Shown: positions 25,692 through 40,202, counted from the stretch's first letter. The stretch is DNA of 60,000 nt from Lytechinus pictus (GCF_037042905.1 NC_087252.1:12650001-12710000), one strand, 5' to 3'. Notes: a model not told the origin generated them from the letters alone. Translations and numbers: made by a program.

Positions 25692-28600
25692 TAGTCCGGC
25701 AGCCCAGGAGGTTTATTCAACCGAAAGCCGGACAAGCAAATGACCCCATAGCTGGATGGCATGGACCCTGAAGTTTACAAAAATGCATTGCTGCCGGGTC
25801 TATCCGTGGTCTTCCCTCCGAAATGACGTAATATATGACGTCACTACAAAATAGCCCTATTTCACCATTTTTTAGGCATTCTACACATAACATGAAATCA
25901 AGGGAGAATATCTCAGCCAAACCATGCTTGTTTTGTATGAAACTTTCAAAATATATTGTTCAATTAGTGCACAAGACTTATGCAAAATTTCACGAACAGA
26001 AATTATTGTTTACATATGCAAATTACGTAATGAAATTTGCATATCATTAGTTTGGGAGATTTCTTGCTTCAAAAATTGTCGAAAATCGATTCAGAAATTT
26101 ATTTTCTTTTTTACTGTACTTTATTTGATATATTTCCTCTCAAGCATAATATCATTCTATTTATCTATATCTCTACTTTTAGAAAATATATGCCAGTAAT
26201 TGGAAATGACATTATAGACTGTGATTTCAGCCCCCCTTTCAATATGGTGCGCACATAGAAATCGTGCGTTTTTTGGCCTATTTTCACCATATAGCTGAGG
26301 TGTGCGTACGATATGCATACTTTATTGATGTTTCCTGCATTTTGCATGATATTAAATCTTCCAAACAACATATTTTCATCTCCATTATGTCTCTGCTGAT
26401 AGGTAAATGATTAAGCAAAGATTGATTGCCCACTGGGAAGTCTATAGGCTTCATTTTCAGCCTAGTTTTCAACAATGATTCTTTACCATGTATGACTGCA
26501 TTATTGTATTCGAGTCGGAAATGGGAGTTCCTTTGCACCATGATCACCATCATAATATATTTTCCACTTATCGTTTTTGTATTTGCCTGAAGTGTCTAGT
26601 TAATGAATCTTGATGTTCCCTTTAAAAAATCGTGTCCAATGGGGTTCAAAATTGATATCTTTGGTGGCCCTCTTGGATTTTTTTAAATGAAAAGTAATTA
26701 TTTTCATATTTTTGCACAGTGTGTGACAATGGGACAATCTTAAATGAATACGCATTTTACTATGATTCGGATACAGTAGTAGAAATCGATTGAATTTGTT
26801 TTCTGGACAGCTAATATATTTTTAAATAAAATTTATCCCCAAATTGCCATGATTTTAGACAAAAAAATCGCATGTGCATTGATATCTATCTGTTCAATCA
26901 TTAACATCAACAACTATTGCACAATATCAGCATTCGACACGAGAGAGGATATAATATACCGATAATATTGAAACGCTTGATGACAGTATGTCTTAATTTG
27001 CTTAGATAAAGGGCAAATACCATATATTACTAGATATTGCGATTAAATGACACCAAAAGAAACCTCTGTAACAGTATCTTTTCCTCTATCAGCTACATTA
27101 TAAAAAAATGAGGGCGCAGCAAAGCCTACCCCCCCCCCCCCCCTTATGTGACCGCCGGAGTCCCCAATCCTTTTTTCGTATTTTGACCATTTCTTGGAAA
27201 ATTCGACATTTTTGGAGCCCCATTGAAGGGGAAAGGCGTTTCTGCTTTGCAGTAAAGTCACTTTTATTGTTGTTTACCAATTAGGAATAAAAGAGTAGAG
27301 TTTCCTCTATCTGCTACATATAAAGAAGTGCTGGTACAGCAAAGTCTATCCCCTCTGGCGACTGCCAAATTCACCCACCCTTTTTACATATTTTACCCAT
27401 TTATGGGAAAATATGCTAATTTGGAGCCCCGATTGAGGCAAAAAAAAGTTTCTGATATGGAATAAAGCCACTTTCCTTCTTTTAAAACTATGTGGAGATA
27501 AAAGAGTAGAGTTTTCTCTATCTGCTACATATAAAGAAGTGCTGGCATATTGAAGCATACCCCTTAAGGGGGCATCGAAATCACCCACCCCTTTTTCATA
27601 TTTCACATATTTATGGGAAAATGTGCTATTTTCGATCCCCCATTGAGGCAAAAAGTGTTGCTGCTATGTAGTAAGGCCAATTTTCATTGTTTTAAACTAT
27701 ATGGAGACGGAAGAGTAGAATTTTCTCTATCTGCTACATATAAAGAAGTGCTGGCATATTGAAGCATACCCCCTTAAGGGGGCATCGAAATCACCCACCC
27801 CTTTTCATATTTCACCTATTTATGGGAAAATGTGCTATTTTCGAGCCCCCATAGAGGCAAAAGTGTTGCTGCTATGTAGTAAGACCAATTTTCATTGTTT
27901 TTAAACTATGTGGAGACGGAAGAGTAGAGTTTTCTCTATCTGCTACATATAAAGAAGTGCTGGCACATTGAAGCATACCCCCTTAAGGGGGCATCGAAAT
28001 CACCCACCCCTTTTTCATATTTCACCTATTTATGGGAAAATGTGCTATTTTCGAGCCCCCATTCAGGCAAAAAGGGCTTCTGCTATGTAGTAAAGCCACT
28101 TTTATTGCTTTTAAACTATGTGGAGACGGAAGAGTAGAGTTTTCTCTATCTGCTACATATAAAGAAGTGCTGGCATATTGAAGCATACCCCCTTGAGGGG
28201 GCATCGAAATCACCCACCCCTTTTTCATATTTCACCTATTTATGGGAAAATGTGCTATTTTCGATCCCCCATTGAGGCAAAAAGTGTTGCTGCTATGTAG
28301 TAAGGCCACCTTTATTGTTTTTGAACTATATGGAGACGGAAGAGTAGAGTTGTCTCTATCTGCTACATATTAAGAAGTGCTGGCATATTAAAGCATACCA
28401 CCTAAGGGGGTCGTCGAAATCACCTACCCTTTTTCCATATTTTACCTATTTATGGGAAAATTTGCTCTTTTCGAGCCCCCATAGAGGCAAAAGTGTTGCT
28501 GCTATGTAGTAAGGCCAATTTTCATTGTTTTTAAACTATATGGAGACAGAAGAGTAGAGTTTTCTCTATCTACCACATATAAAGAAGTGCTGGCATATTG

Positions 28601-31359
28601 AAGCATACCCCCTTAAGGGGGCATCGAAATCACCCACCCCTTTTTCATATTTCACCTATTTATGGGAAAATGTGCTATTTTCGAGCCCCATTGAGGCAAA
28701 AAGTGTTGCTGCTATGTAGTAAGGCCACCTTTATTGTTTTTCAAACTATATGGAGACGAAAGAGTAGAGTTGTCTCTATCTGCTACATATTAAGAAGTGC
28801 TGGTACAGCAAAGCCTAACCCTCTGGGGACTGCTGAAGTACCCGCCCCTTTTACGTATTTTGCCCATTAATGGGAAAATATGCTATTTTCGAGCCCTCAT
28901 AGAGGCAAAAAGTGCTTCTGCTATGTAGTAAGGCCAATTTTTATTGTTTTTAAACTATATGGAGACGGAAGAGTACAGTTTCCTCTATATGCTACATATA
29001 AAGAAGTGCTGGCATATTGGACCATACCCCCCTTAGGGGGTCGCCGAAATCTCCACATTTTTTCCATATTTTACCTATTTATGGGAAAATATGCTATTTT
29101 CGAGCCCCTATTGAGGCAAAAAATGTTTCTGCTATTTAATAAAGCCAGTTTTATTCTTTTGAAACTACGTGGAATTAAATGAGTAGACTCTCTTCTATCT
29201 GCTGCTAATAAGTGGTTGCACAGCAAAGCCTATCCCCTCGGGGGTTCCCAAAGTCACCCACCCTTTTTCCATATTTTTTCCAACATATGGGAAAATCTGC
29301 CAATTTTGGAGCCTCTGAAGAAGGTAGAAGTCGACATGCCAGCACTCTTTTTACATGTAGCTGATAGAAAAATCCTATTCTTTCATTTCTAAGTGGTTTC
29401 CAAAATCAAAACTAGCTTTACTATATAGCAGAAATGCCCTTTTGTCTGAATGGGGGCTCAAACACTGCATTTTTTCAATAAAGAGGGAAAATAGACTTAA
29501 AAGTTGGAAGAGTTCGGCAGCCCCTGAAGGGGGAAGGCTTCAGTGTGCTACCACATCTTTATATGTAAATAATAAAGAAGATCATACTTTGTCATCTTTA
29601 TGTGCTTACAAAACAAAAACAAGGGCTTTACTGCAAGGCAGAAACACCTTTTGCCTCAATGGTTCTCCAAAATGACGAATTTTCCGAGAATTTGGCAAAA
29701 TACGAAAAAAAATTGGGTGACTTTGGCAGCCCCCTGAGGGGTAGGCTTTGCTATGCCCTAACTTCTTTAAATGTTGCTGATAGAGAAAGCCTACTCTTTT
29801 GTCTCTAAGTGATTTAAAGGAAAAAATATATACCCAAAACAAAATTTTGCCACATTGGGGGCTCCGAAAATCACGATATCATAATAGTCAAGCTACGGAT
29901 AAGGGTGTGGTATGTAACCTTCTACTGGCTCTTGTGGGACTATGCTTTAAGGTGCCCGAGAGTAATTGCATGCGAAATGAAAATGCAGAGCAATGCCTCG
30001 ATCCTCTATCTTTTTCAAGAGATTTCATTATTATAAAAGTTGTTTTGTGAAGAAAACGCCTTTTACCCTCATACGCATGATACAAGTAATACATACTTTT
30101 CTATCGATCGCTAAGCACGTTACATGCATTTCTGCATGTTAGGCACATCGGCAAAGGCGATGCAAGATAAAACAGATAGATGTCAATGAACATGATTATT
30201 TTGGTTTAACATATTTTCAATGAATTCTTGATTTTTTCAAAATATATTAACCGGACTATTCAGAAAACAATTTCAACCGATTTCTACAATCCAAAAATAT
30301 AGTGAAATGCGTATTCATTTAAGATTGTCCCATTGTCAGACTCTGTGCAATAAGATATGAAAATAATTTATTTTCATTAAAAAGTCCAAGAGGGCCGCCA
30401 AAGATATCAATTTTGAACCCCGTTGGACACGATTTTGCAAAGGGAACATCAAGATTCATTAACTAGACACTTCAGGCAAATACAAAAAGTTGAGTGAAAA
30501 ATAGTTTGATGGTGCACAGGAACCCCCTTATCCGACTCGACTACAACGATGCAGTTATACATGGTATAGGTTCGTTGTCGAAAACTAGGCTGAAAACGTA
30601 GCCTATAGACTGCCCAGTGGGCAATCAATCTTTGCTGAAATCATTTATTTATCAGCAGAGACATAATGAAGATGAAAATATGTTGTTTGGAAGATTTAAT
30701 ATCATGCAAAATGCAGGAAACATCAATAAAGTAGGCATATCGTTCGCACACCTCAGCTATATGGTAAAAGTAGGCCAAAAACGCACGATTTCTATGTGCG
30801 CATCATATTGAAAGGGGGGCTGAAAACACAGTCTATAATGTTATTTCCAATTATTGGCATATATTTTCTAAAAGTAGAGATATAGATGAAGAGAATGATA
30901 TTATGCTTGAGAGGAAATATATCAAATAAAGTACACTAAAAAAGAAAATAAATTTCTGAATCGATTTTCGACAATTTTTGAAGCAAGAAATCTCCCAAAC
31001 TAATGATATGCAAATTTTATTACGTAATTTGCATATGTAAACAATAATTTCTGTTCGTGAAATTTTGCATATGTCTTGTGCACTAATTGAACAATATATT
31101 TTGAAAGTTTCATTCAAAACAAGCATGGTTTGGCTGAGATATTCTCCCTTGACTTCGTGTTATGTGTAGAATGTCTAAAAAGGGGTGAAATAGGGCCATT
31201 TTGTAGTGACGTCATATATTACGTCATTTCGGAGGGAAGACCACGGAAAGAACCCGGCAGCAATGCATTTTTGTAAACTTCAGGGTCCATGCCATCCAGC
31301 TATGGGGTCATTTGCTTGTCCGGCTTTCGGTTGAATAAACCTCCTGGGCTGCCGGACTA
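25692..31359. mobile_element. Academ-like non-autonomous DNA transposon (~5.67 kb) with ~1.2-kb TIRs
   Basis: tgt|TAGtccggcagcccaggag...ctcctgggctgccggaCTA|tgt, giving TAG..CTA termini and a 3-bp TSD. Inverted arms at ~25692-26894 and ~30171-31359. Confidence 0.85.
27050..29870. repeat. ~210-bp tandem array (~11 forward monomers, then ~2.5 inverted, more diverged monomers)
   Basis: A tctatctgctacata-like anchor occurs at 27306, 27517, 27726, 27935, 28145, 28355, 28565, 28775 and 28984. Reverse-complement monomers start at ~29330. Confidence 0.92.
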
Positions 31360-32620
31360 TGTAGCCCGATTGCTCCGATTACAGGCGAATGATGACCCAA
31401 ATGTTGAGCCGAATCGGAACGAATATGGCCGAATGCAACAGGTTCTGATTGTTACGCCCCGAGTGATTCAAAAAGGGCCAAATCTGCCTTAGTAGAGCGG
31501 ATAAGCCGAACAATTGTGCAAATTATGACTAAAGCATGATAATTTCACGGAAAATATAATGCACATCACATATATCAAGGTCAGGAGGAGATAATGTGAA
31601 ATATGTAAAATAAAGGGGGGAATCTGAAAATATGTGTACAAAGCAAATGGAGTGTTTTTCACAAAATCAGCAATTTTGAAGCACGTTTGTCAATGTGAGG
31701 ATCCCAATAAACAAGACTTTTTAAACGTCCATAACTTGCTTATTTAACAACTGATCTTGATGAAACTCTTTTTCAAAATTGTTCATGTCAATTTACTCTT
31801 TCCAATAAAATTGGGTTTCGGTTTCCTTTAATAGTGCAGTGAAAGTGAACTACAATATTATGGCCTAAAAATGAATTTAGTGTGCTCTAAAACGAGTTTA
31901 TGGCATGTTAATTTGAAAAGTCCCTACCGTGGGAGTGGGGATAAGGGGATAACCCACTCACTCCCACACCCCCCCCCCCCGCTCGGTCACGTCGCTCCCT
32001 CGCCGATCATCACCCCCAATTATCAAAAGAAATCGACACTAGTTATCTCAGGGAATCCACAAGATTACGAGACCAGATGCCGCCCGGTTTTCCATCGACA
32101 TGATACGCTATAATTCATGTCAATATGCGGGGCACAATCTCGTTCATAATCGTCGAAGTTTGATCTTAGGGGCATCGCCATCTGCGAAGGCCAAGGGACT
32201 GTCAGCCAAGGATCAAGTGGGGCGTTCCACGGATAATGATTCTACATTGCCTAAGTTAAGCTATATGTATTTGAGATCATTTTTATATCCATGTATATCT
32301 TTCAGTACAACCTTTGTGAAACAAACCCAAAGAAAGGATTCAAATTAACTTAACTTTATACAACTTGTCCATATATCCCTTATTTAGTATCTCAAGTGAT
32401 TTTAAAAAGTCACTTCACGTGACAAACATAAAGTCTACTAAACAAAGAAATACATACGAATAAAAAAAAAGAATTTGCATAAAATAAGAAAAATATATTT
32501 AATGTTATTTGATAATAATCCTAAGAAGTGTCCAGATCAAAATCTAGCAGTTTTTTGTCTCTATCTAAATATCTAAATTATCATTTTGTGCATTGATTAG
32601 ATTAGCATAATTAATTAAAT

Positions 32621-33683
32621 AATAATAATAATACATAAGATTTATATAGCGCACTTTCCATCCTGATTAGATGCTCAAGGCGCTTTAGAGCAGAACAAAA
32701 CTATTTATATATAATACATGTCTGAACAATAAGTCAATGTCAATCAAAAAACACTTTTGTACAAGTATGTTTTCAGGTTGCCCTTGAAGGTGGTCACTGA
32801 AGTCTGAGTTTTCAAACTATTAGGGAGAGAATTCCACAGGCTAGGCCCTGCATGAGCAAAGGCCCGCTCCCCGCATGATTTCTTAGCAACTGGAATTTGT
32901 AAGAGATTAGATGATGAGGATCGTAAATTTCTTGAGGGTTGGTAATGATGCATCAAAGACCTATTGTAACTGGGGGAAGTTCCATTGACTATATGAAAAA
33001 TCAAAATAAGGATTTTAAAGACTATGCCTTCCTTCAGGTGCAACCAGTGAAGAGTTTTCAATATAGGGGTGATGTGGCTGCGCTTGCTAGATAGAGTTAC
33101 AATACGCGCAGCTGCATTTTGCAACCTTTGCAATTTTCCAAATTGAAGATCTGGTAAGTTGTAAAGGAGGCTATTACCAAAATCGAATCGTGAAGAAATG
33201 AGTGAATGTACCAGTTTCTCTGTTGCTGAGCGAGTGAGATATTTTCTTATGAAACCAATATTGCGCAATTGATAACGAACTGATCTGCAAATGTTTGTAA
33301 TCTGGTTGGACATGGACATATGAGAATCGAAGATAACTCCAAGATTGCGACATGTTTTTGACAAGGGGATGTCATTGCCTGTGATAGAAATGGAATCAAT
33401 GTTGAATTTGTTAAGTTGAAACTTTTAGCCAAAAACTAAAAACTCACATTAACTATGGTTCAAAAGTAACGAGTTTGACTTCAACCAAGTGTCAATGTCC
33501 ATTATGCATCTTTCAAGATTACACAGGGATTGTGTGGCACTAGTTTGATTGGGTGAAAACGATACAAAAATCTGAATATCATCTGCATATAAGTGATAGT
33601 GAACAGAGTGACGTTTAAAAATATCTTGAAGCCCTGTCAAATAAATGGAAAACAAAGTGGGCCCTCCAACAGATCCCTGGGGC
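32621..33683 (-). mobile_element. 5'-truncated L2-clade LINE (RT C-terminal half plus 3' tail), decayed
   Basis: PQGSVGGPTLFSIY...HLYADDIQI, RNLGVIFDS, LQRLQNAAARIV and HITPILKTLHWL. 3' end gcgctatataaat plus (tat)n. Confidence 0.92.
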
Positions 33684-35293
33684 TCTTATATTCTAAATAT
33701 AACTTACAATAATGCTGGTACAATTTACAATGTGAAGATTACGTCATTGGTGAAGTACGTGTCAATGTTCGTCGAGATCATGCGATCAACGGAGGAGATT
33801 TGGGAGGGGCTGTTCCCCCTCCCCCCCCCCCTATTGAATTTCAGACTAGCCCTAGCGGTATTAGCTTTAAGTATTGCAGGGGGCTTAAAAAGATCGCGTT
33901 ATTGCTCTATCCATGTTTTTGTTTTTTATGTTGGTGTGTCGAGCGGATACAATCACAGAGATGCCAACCGTTACGGAATATTTATCAAATAATATTTTAG
34001 ATTGTGAATAGGCAAACGGCTATACCAATTTTTTTTACGTGACAAGACATGTATACAACAGTTTTTCGCTCAGTCATTAAATCGGGAATTCAACTCTGAA
34101 TTTATATTTGAACACATCTCATTAATATTCTGTAAGAGTTGGCAACTCTGCAATCATGTGGCGCTACTTCTGAAGGCACCCCCCCCCCCTCACGCCCCGA
34201 TATCCCCTCATAAAAAGTTCCTGGTGATTTGGCCGGACCTTTCTTCCCACTACTGTCTTGTCGGCACAAATTTCACACAAGGCCGTGGGGTAAGTGTTAT
34301 GATACTGCAGCAAATAACAATGACAATTTAGTTTTAAATTTGATTTCATTTTCTTTTATAAGATGAAATAGATCATACAACTAAACAAAATACAACCAAA
34401 CATCCTACATGTCTTGAAGAGTTTAATGTGCAATGCAAAGTTATGATAGTCCTGTAATCATGGGTGTCGATCGGTATTATTGGTTGGGGGGGGATGATTG
34501 ACACAAATGTTCTTGTGGATGGGGATCTCTCAACATTACCCCACTAAAATGACAAGTTAGGACATTATTTTTGGAGTGGTTGATATGCATGGTGTTGCAT
34601 AACATGGTGTTCCTTCACTGTTGCAGTGTACTGTACTTATATAATTTTTTTGAAGATTCATTTTGTGTTTAATTAATAAAGATTTTATAAAGATATCCAT
34701 CCCTTATATTCAAAGAAAATCTGAAGAAGCACAAGAACATTGATTATAAAGTTGTTTAAAGGCTACATTTAAGTAACTTTACAAAAGCCTTATATGGAAA
34801 CCCCCCGATCGAGACAGTCCTACAATGAGGGGTGTTTTGTTCATACTGTTGTCAATGCACATAATATCAGCACGATCTACGTGCGTGATAACTTCACAGG
34901 AAATTGGAGGAGAGATCTTTTTGGAAGTGGTTTGACGAAAAGAATGGGAAAGATTAAAGTTTTATCTTTTTGGCTGGTCAAATCTTTTTTTGGCTTTACC
35001 GGAATATCTTCTTTCAGGAGTGAATGCCTTTTATTCCTTTTCATTTTTATTGGCTTTTCAAATTTAATTAATCAACCAGCACCCCCTTTTAGGAAATTGA
35101 TTCAAGGCCCCTAATTGTTATTATTTTTCCTTGCATTATTATCTCATGCAGTGACAGCATAGGGCCCCCATAACACACAATCTTGCAGCCCTCCACAAAG
35201 TTTCTCAATTCCTTTTCACCTTTCTATATGTCCAAAATAGCAACGCACATCAAAAGTTAAGCCATTCCCAAGTATTTTGCACATCCTTACACT

Positions 35294-37673
35294 CATGGGC
35301 GGAAATCCCAGGGGGACAGGGGGGACGTGTCCCCCCTACCAAAAATAGTATAAGGGGGACACAATATCAAATGTCCCCCTACTATTTTTGGTCTTTTATG
35401 ATGGAAAAAAAATGCATCATTCACATTCGAAATAATACATGTATTTTGGACTAAATGACCTTACATTTTGGGTGAAAACTTTTTTTTTGCTTGTCAAATT
35501 TTCCAGAGTGAATAAAACAAAATGAGGGGAAGACTTGGAAAATAAAAAGAATCTTTCATGTCACTATAATAATTTTTCGGTCGCGCTTCGCGCTCGCATT
35601 GCCTGTTAGGTGATTGTTCAATATGGATCTTAAATATCAAGTTTGGAAGTCAATATACATTACACATTTAACCTCGGAAATCTAACTTTCATTATTTTGT
35701 GTGATTTACAAACTGATTTTTAAAAGGTGCTCTGTTAAAATGACAGCTTTATGGTCTGAATATTGACATTAAGTACGTATTATTTTGCGCTCGCATTAAT
35801 GGTGAAAATATTTTAACTGATGCATTCTATTCATAATTACAAAAGTGCCTGAAATGTCCAGTTTTCAGGCCATAATATCATCAGATTTCTCGCCCTCATT
35901 AGGCATTAATAAATAAGATATTGATTTAATGATTAAATTGTCTCTTTTGTTTCATCTCCCACTTATCAAGAGGGATAGGAAGATAGTCATCATTTTCAAA
36001 TGACATGTCCTAAGGATGTCCCGGTCCTATGTCAAAACTCAAATAATAATGAAAAATATCAGTTCTTTATTAAGTGTGATCCATATCCACCTCACTATTT
36101 TCCTACAGAGTGCTTGAAATAAATAGCTGAAATTAACTTTTTTTTTCAGAATGGAATATCATACAGTTTAAGCTCGCGCTTCGCACTTGCTCTGATTTTT
36201 CATAATAAAAGATGTGCAGAATGCTTAGATTCCAGGTCTGAATATGAAACACGCCCGCGCATGTTTATTCAGATACTCAACTTGTTCTAAATTTAAATCA
36301 TTATCCAATTTCAGATCACAATATCAAAAATCTTCTGCTCGCACTTTGTGCTCGCATTATCAATGTAGGAAGATCCCCTATTACTCATTCTTTTCATGAT
36401 TTACAAAACATGAATAAAGTGTGCCGTTTTTAGGTCTAAATCTCGATTTTTTTTCCTCTCGCGCTTCGCGCTCGCATCAATTGTTAAGTTATATACCTAT
36501 CTGTTTAAATTACAAAAATTGCTTAGAATTTTCATTCCTTAGGTAAAAATGTCAAAAATTTCAGCTCGCGTTTTGGCGCTCGCATTATTTGATTTCAAAA
36601 ATATGTAACGTCTTCATGGCTAACTACAAGCAGTCTGTAACAGGTACCTTTTCCATCAGTTAATTTCTGCTAGCGCTTCACGTTTGTAGGAATTATTCAT
36701 TTACATACACATCTTTTTCAGGATAGTAAACATTGCCAAGAATGTTCAAAATTTTAGGAAAATATACATAAGATTTCCTCCCAAAAGAAATTGCTCGCGC
36801 TTCGCGCTCGCATTACAAAAATTATGATTATTATATAGGATTATGATTTTATATATTTAAATTTATTCATAAGAATAAAGCTAAGAAGTGAATATTAGGA
36901 CTACCCTTTCAAAGAAAACCAAAAATCATATTCGAGCGGCCGATCGGGGAGAATATGCCTGAAAAAAAAAATCCGCCCCCCCCCCATTGGCGAAGGCTGG
37001 ATCCGCCCCTACATAACAAGCACCTTTTCGATCAGTTCAAATTAAACGTATGTATACATTTTGTGGCTGCACTTTGCACTCGCATTATTAATGTAAGGAA
37101 GACCTCCAATTGCTCATCCTTTTCACGACAGAACATGAATAGAGTGTTTCGTTCTTAGGTCTAAATCTCAAAATTTTCCGCTCGCGCTCCGCATCAATTG
37201 TTTAGTTATATACCTATTATGTTTAAGTTACACAAAGTGCTTAGATTTTCCATTCTTTAGGTAAAAATTTCAGCTCGCGCTTCGCGCTCGCATTATTTGA
37301 TTGTTGAAATATGCAACGTCTTCATAGCTAACTGCAAGCAGTCTTTAACAGGTACCTTTTCCATCAGTTCATTTTTGCTCGCACTTCGCGTTCGTAGTAA
37401 TTATTCATTTGCATACACATATTTTTCAGAATAACAAACATTGCCCCGAATGTTCAAATTTTAGGAAAAAATACATAAAATTACCCCAACAAAATTTGCT
37501 TGCGCTTCGTGCTCGCATTATATAAATAATGATTATGATATTATATATTTATGTTGATTTATAAGAATAAAGCTAAGAAATGACCATGAAGACTACCCCT
37601 TCACCCCCTACTGGCGAATGCTGGATCCGCCCCTGTGGTCCCCCTTACCTTTCGGGACAGATTTCCGCCCATG
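35294..37673. mobile_element. hAT-like composite non-autonomous element
   Basis: cttacact|catgggcggaaatc...gatttccgcccatg|cttccact, a 14-bp TIR with an 8-bp TSD (1 mismatch). Internal ctggatccgcccct ends at ~36998 and 37621, and many ctcgcgcttcgcgctcgcat motifs. Confidence 0.8.
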
Positions 37674-38809
37674 CTTCCACTACGCGTGTTTCTTACTGTC
37701 AAGCTATACACCGAACAACGTGTGTTATCATCGTATCACCTGACCCTATAGGCTAGCATTTCATCTTTCTATGACACTAGCCATTGGGGTTAACAAGATT
37801 TTTCCCCCGTTTTATTTTTGTCTTTCTATTTTCCATAGATTTTCTATGTTGTACGATCCGTCCCTGCTAAATGAAGGCGACAAATACAGATTCATTTAGT
37901 TCATTTTTTCGTCCTCAATGATATGAAATCGGTACAAAATCAAACTGTGCAAGTAAGCAAAAATACAAATAATTGCACATAGCTTTTGAGGGAAAGTGAA
38001 CTTATAACATGAGATTACACAAAAATCTAAATTTACCAGGTTAGACGCTTTGTTAGATCAACGAAAGCAACGCCAATCATTCTGTCATGTTAGCTTCGTG
38101 GTTTGTTTTTCTTTAATTACCCTTACATAATTACGATTTAATTTCAAAATATCACTTTCGTCGTCCATGAATTATCCCGTTCAAGATAAAAGGGCATTAC
38201 AAACAGTTTGCATAATAAACAAACCATAAAAAATTAGCATCTTGTAAGTTAAAGTCATTTCTTTAAGAAAGAAATCTGTAGGATTTGTTTTAACTCTATT
38301 TTTCTAATCATATTAATATTTAATGGCTTACAGAATTTAATCGAATGATTATGGTATTGTGAATAATAAATAAATCAGACAGATACATATTCATTTTATT
38401 TCATCTCTCTCGAATACAAATAAATTTGAAGGGGTATTATTTTGATACACCTATATTATCATAATAATGCACCACTGTTATTTTTATGGTAAGGGACTTG
38501 TTCATAATGCACTTCTTGACATAAAATTCATATAAAAGTTTTTAAACAAATACATTCACATTTCCCGGTTCTCATATTTTAATACTTAAGGGCCTTTATT
38601 GCACAGAATAAAGTCAGTAAAAAAAATAACAATGACCTACCGGTATTAATAACAACCATCGATTAATTAACTTGCCATGCTCGAAAAATTTATCAAAATA
38701 TTATTTAATCGCTATCAACACTGTAAAACGCTTTTTAAAATTTTAAACAAAGCTGTTAGATGTTTAACATTTTATATAACCTTGAATGAATATTTAATAG
38801 GTGGGTTGA

Positions 38810-39058
38810 CATGTGCGGAAATCTGTCCCCATAGGTAGGGAGACCAGGGCCTGGAAAATTTGACAAGCAAAAAAAAAAGAAAAAAAAAGGTTTTCACCAA
38901 AAATGTAAGGTCATTTTAATAGTCCAAAAGGTACTATTTCAATTGTGAAGTGATGTATTTTTCTCCATGAAAGACCAAAGATAGTAGGGGGAACATTTGA
39001 TATTGTGTCCCCCTACTATTTTTGGTAGAGGGGACACGTCCCCCTGTCCCCTCTGGGG
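38810..39058 (-). mobile_element. Short version of the 35294 hAT-like MITE in the opposite orientation
   Basis: Its reverse complement matches 35300-35505 joined directly to 37636-37673. Confidence 0.7.
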
Positions 39059-39469
39059 TTGAAGATATCACATCCCCACTATCCTGTTTGTGATATTACA
39101 TGGAATCAAAATTGTTTAATTTTTTCATACCAATGTGAATGATATGTCTCCCTTCAGATGAAATAAGTTGCAGCAAAGAATATCTAATGGACTAAATTAG
39201 TTGTCAATTCAACTGTTTTTGGTTCTTGAAGGGAAAATATTAAATAAACCTAATTTATATAATAAAATAAAAAGAACAAGTGGGGAAATGACATCATCAG
39301 TTTGCTCATTGAATATTAATGAAGACATGCTTAAAACTGTTTCACCGGAATAATGCTAATCTTTCAAATGCAATAACTTTGATATTCCTTGTCGGATTTT
39401 GATCAAATCTTTATTCTTATGTTCGTCTGATTTCTCTCTATCTGTTCAAACCATATTACATTCAGTGTG

Positions 39470-40202
39470 GAGTTTCAGATCAGAATATCAAAAAAATTCT
39501 GCTCGCACCTCGCGCTCACAATATTAATGTAAGAATATATCCAATTACTAATCATTTTCTTGATTTACAAAATATGAATAGAATGTCCCAATTATAGGTC
39601 TGAAATCTCATTTTTATTTTCGCTCGCGCTTCGCGCTCGCATCAATTGTATAGTTATATACGTTTTCTGTTCATGATTAGAAAAGTGCTTAAGATGTCCT
39701 GTTTTAAGGTCTGAAATCTCATTTCTATTTCCGCTCGCGCTTCGCGCTCGCATCAATTGTACAGTTATATACATATCATCTTCATTATTAGAAAAGTGCT
39801 TAGAATGTTTCGTTTTTTGGTCGGAAATCTCATTTTTATTTGCGTTCGCGCTTCGCGCTTGAATCAATTGTATAGTTATTTATCCTGTTCATGATTGCAA
39901 AAAGTGCTTAGAATGTCCAGTATTTAGGTCGGAATGTAAAAATTTTCAGCTCGCGCTTCGCGCTCGCATTATTTGATTGTTGATATATATGTATCGTCTT
40001 AATTGGTAACGACAAACAGTCCTTATAACACTTCCCTTTCGATCAGACCAGAGCGTATATAAAAAATATCTGCTCGCACTGATCACGTTGGCAGTTATTA
40101 TTTGTTACTTACGCATCTTGTTCAGGACCACAAGGCATTTCTCAAAATGTTCAATTTTTCAGGACAAAAAAAAAATTGCTCGCGCTTCGCGCTAGAGTTA
40201 TC

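Larger units (their letters stand above)
25520..31520. mobile_element. Left part of a Harbinger-like MITE (ccgaat-rich), interrupted by the Academ-like element
   Basis: Starts TTA|agctagggttacacc. The ccgaat-rich sequence at 25520-25691 resumes at 31363. No right TIR is seen nearby. Confidence 0.55.

Noticed and set aside
25717..26553. Paired near-identical ORFs (e.g. 25924..26199 and 30851..31126) as duplicated genes
   Set aside because: They are mirror images produced by the long TIRs, with low-complexity translations and no domain motifs.
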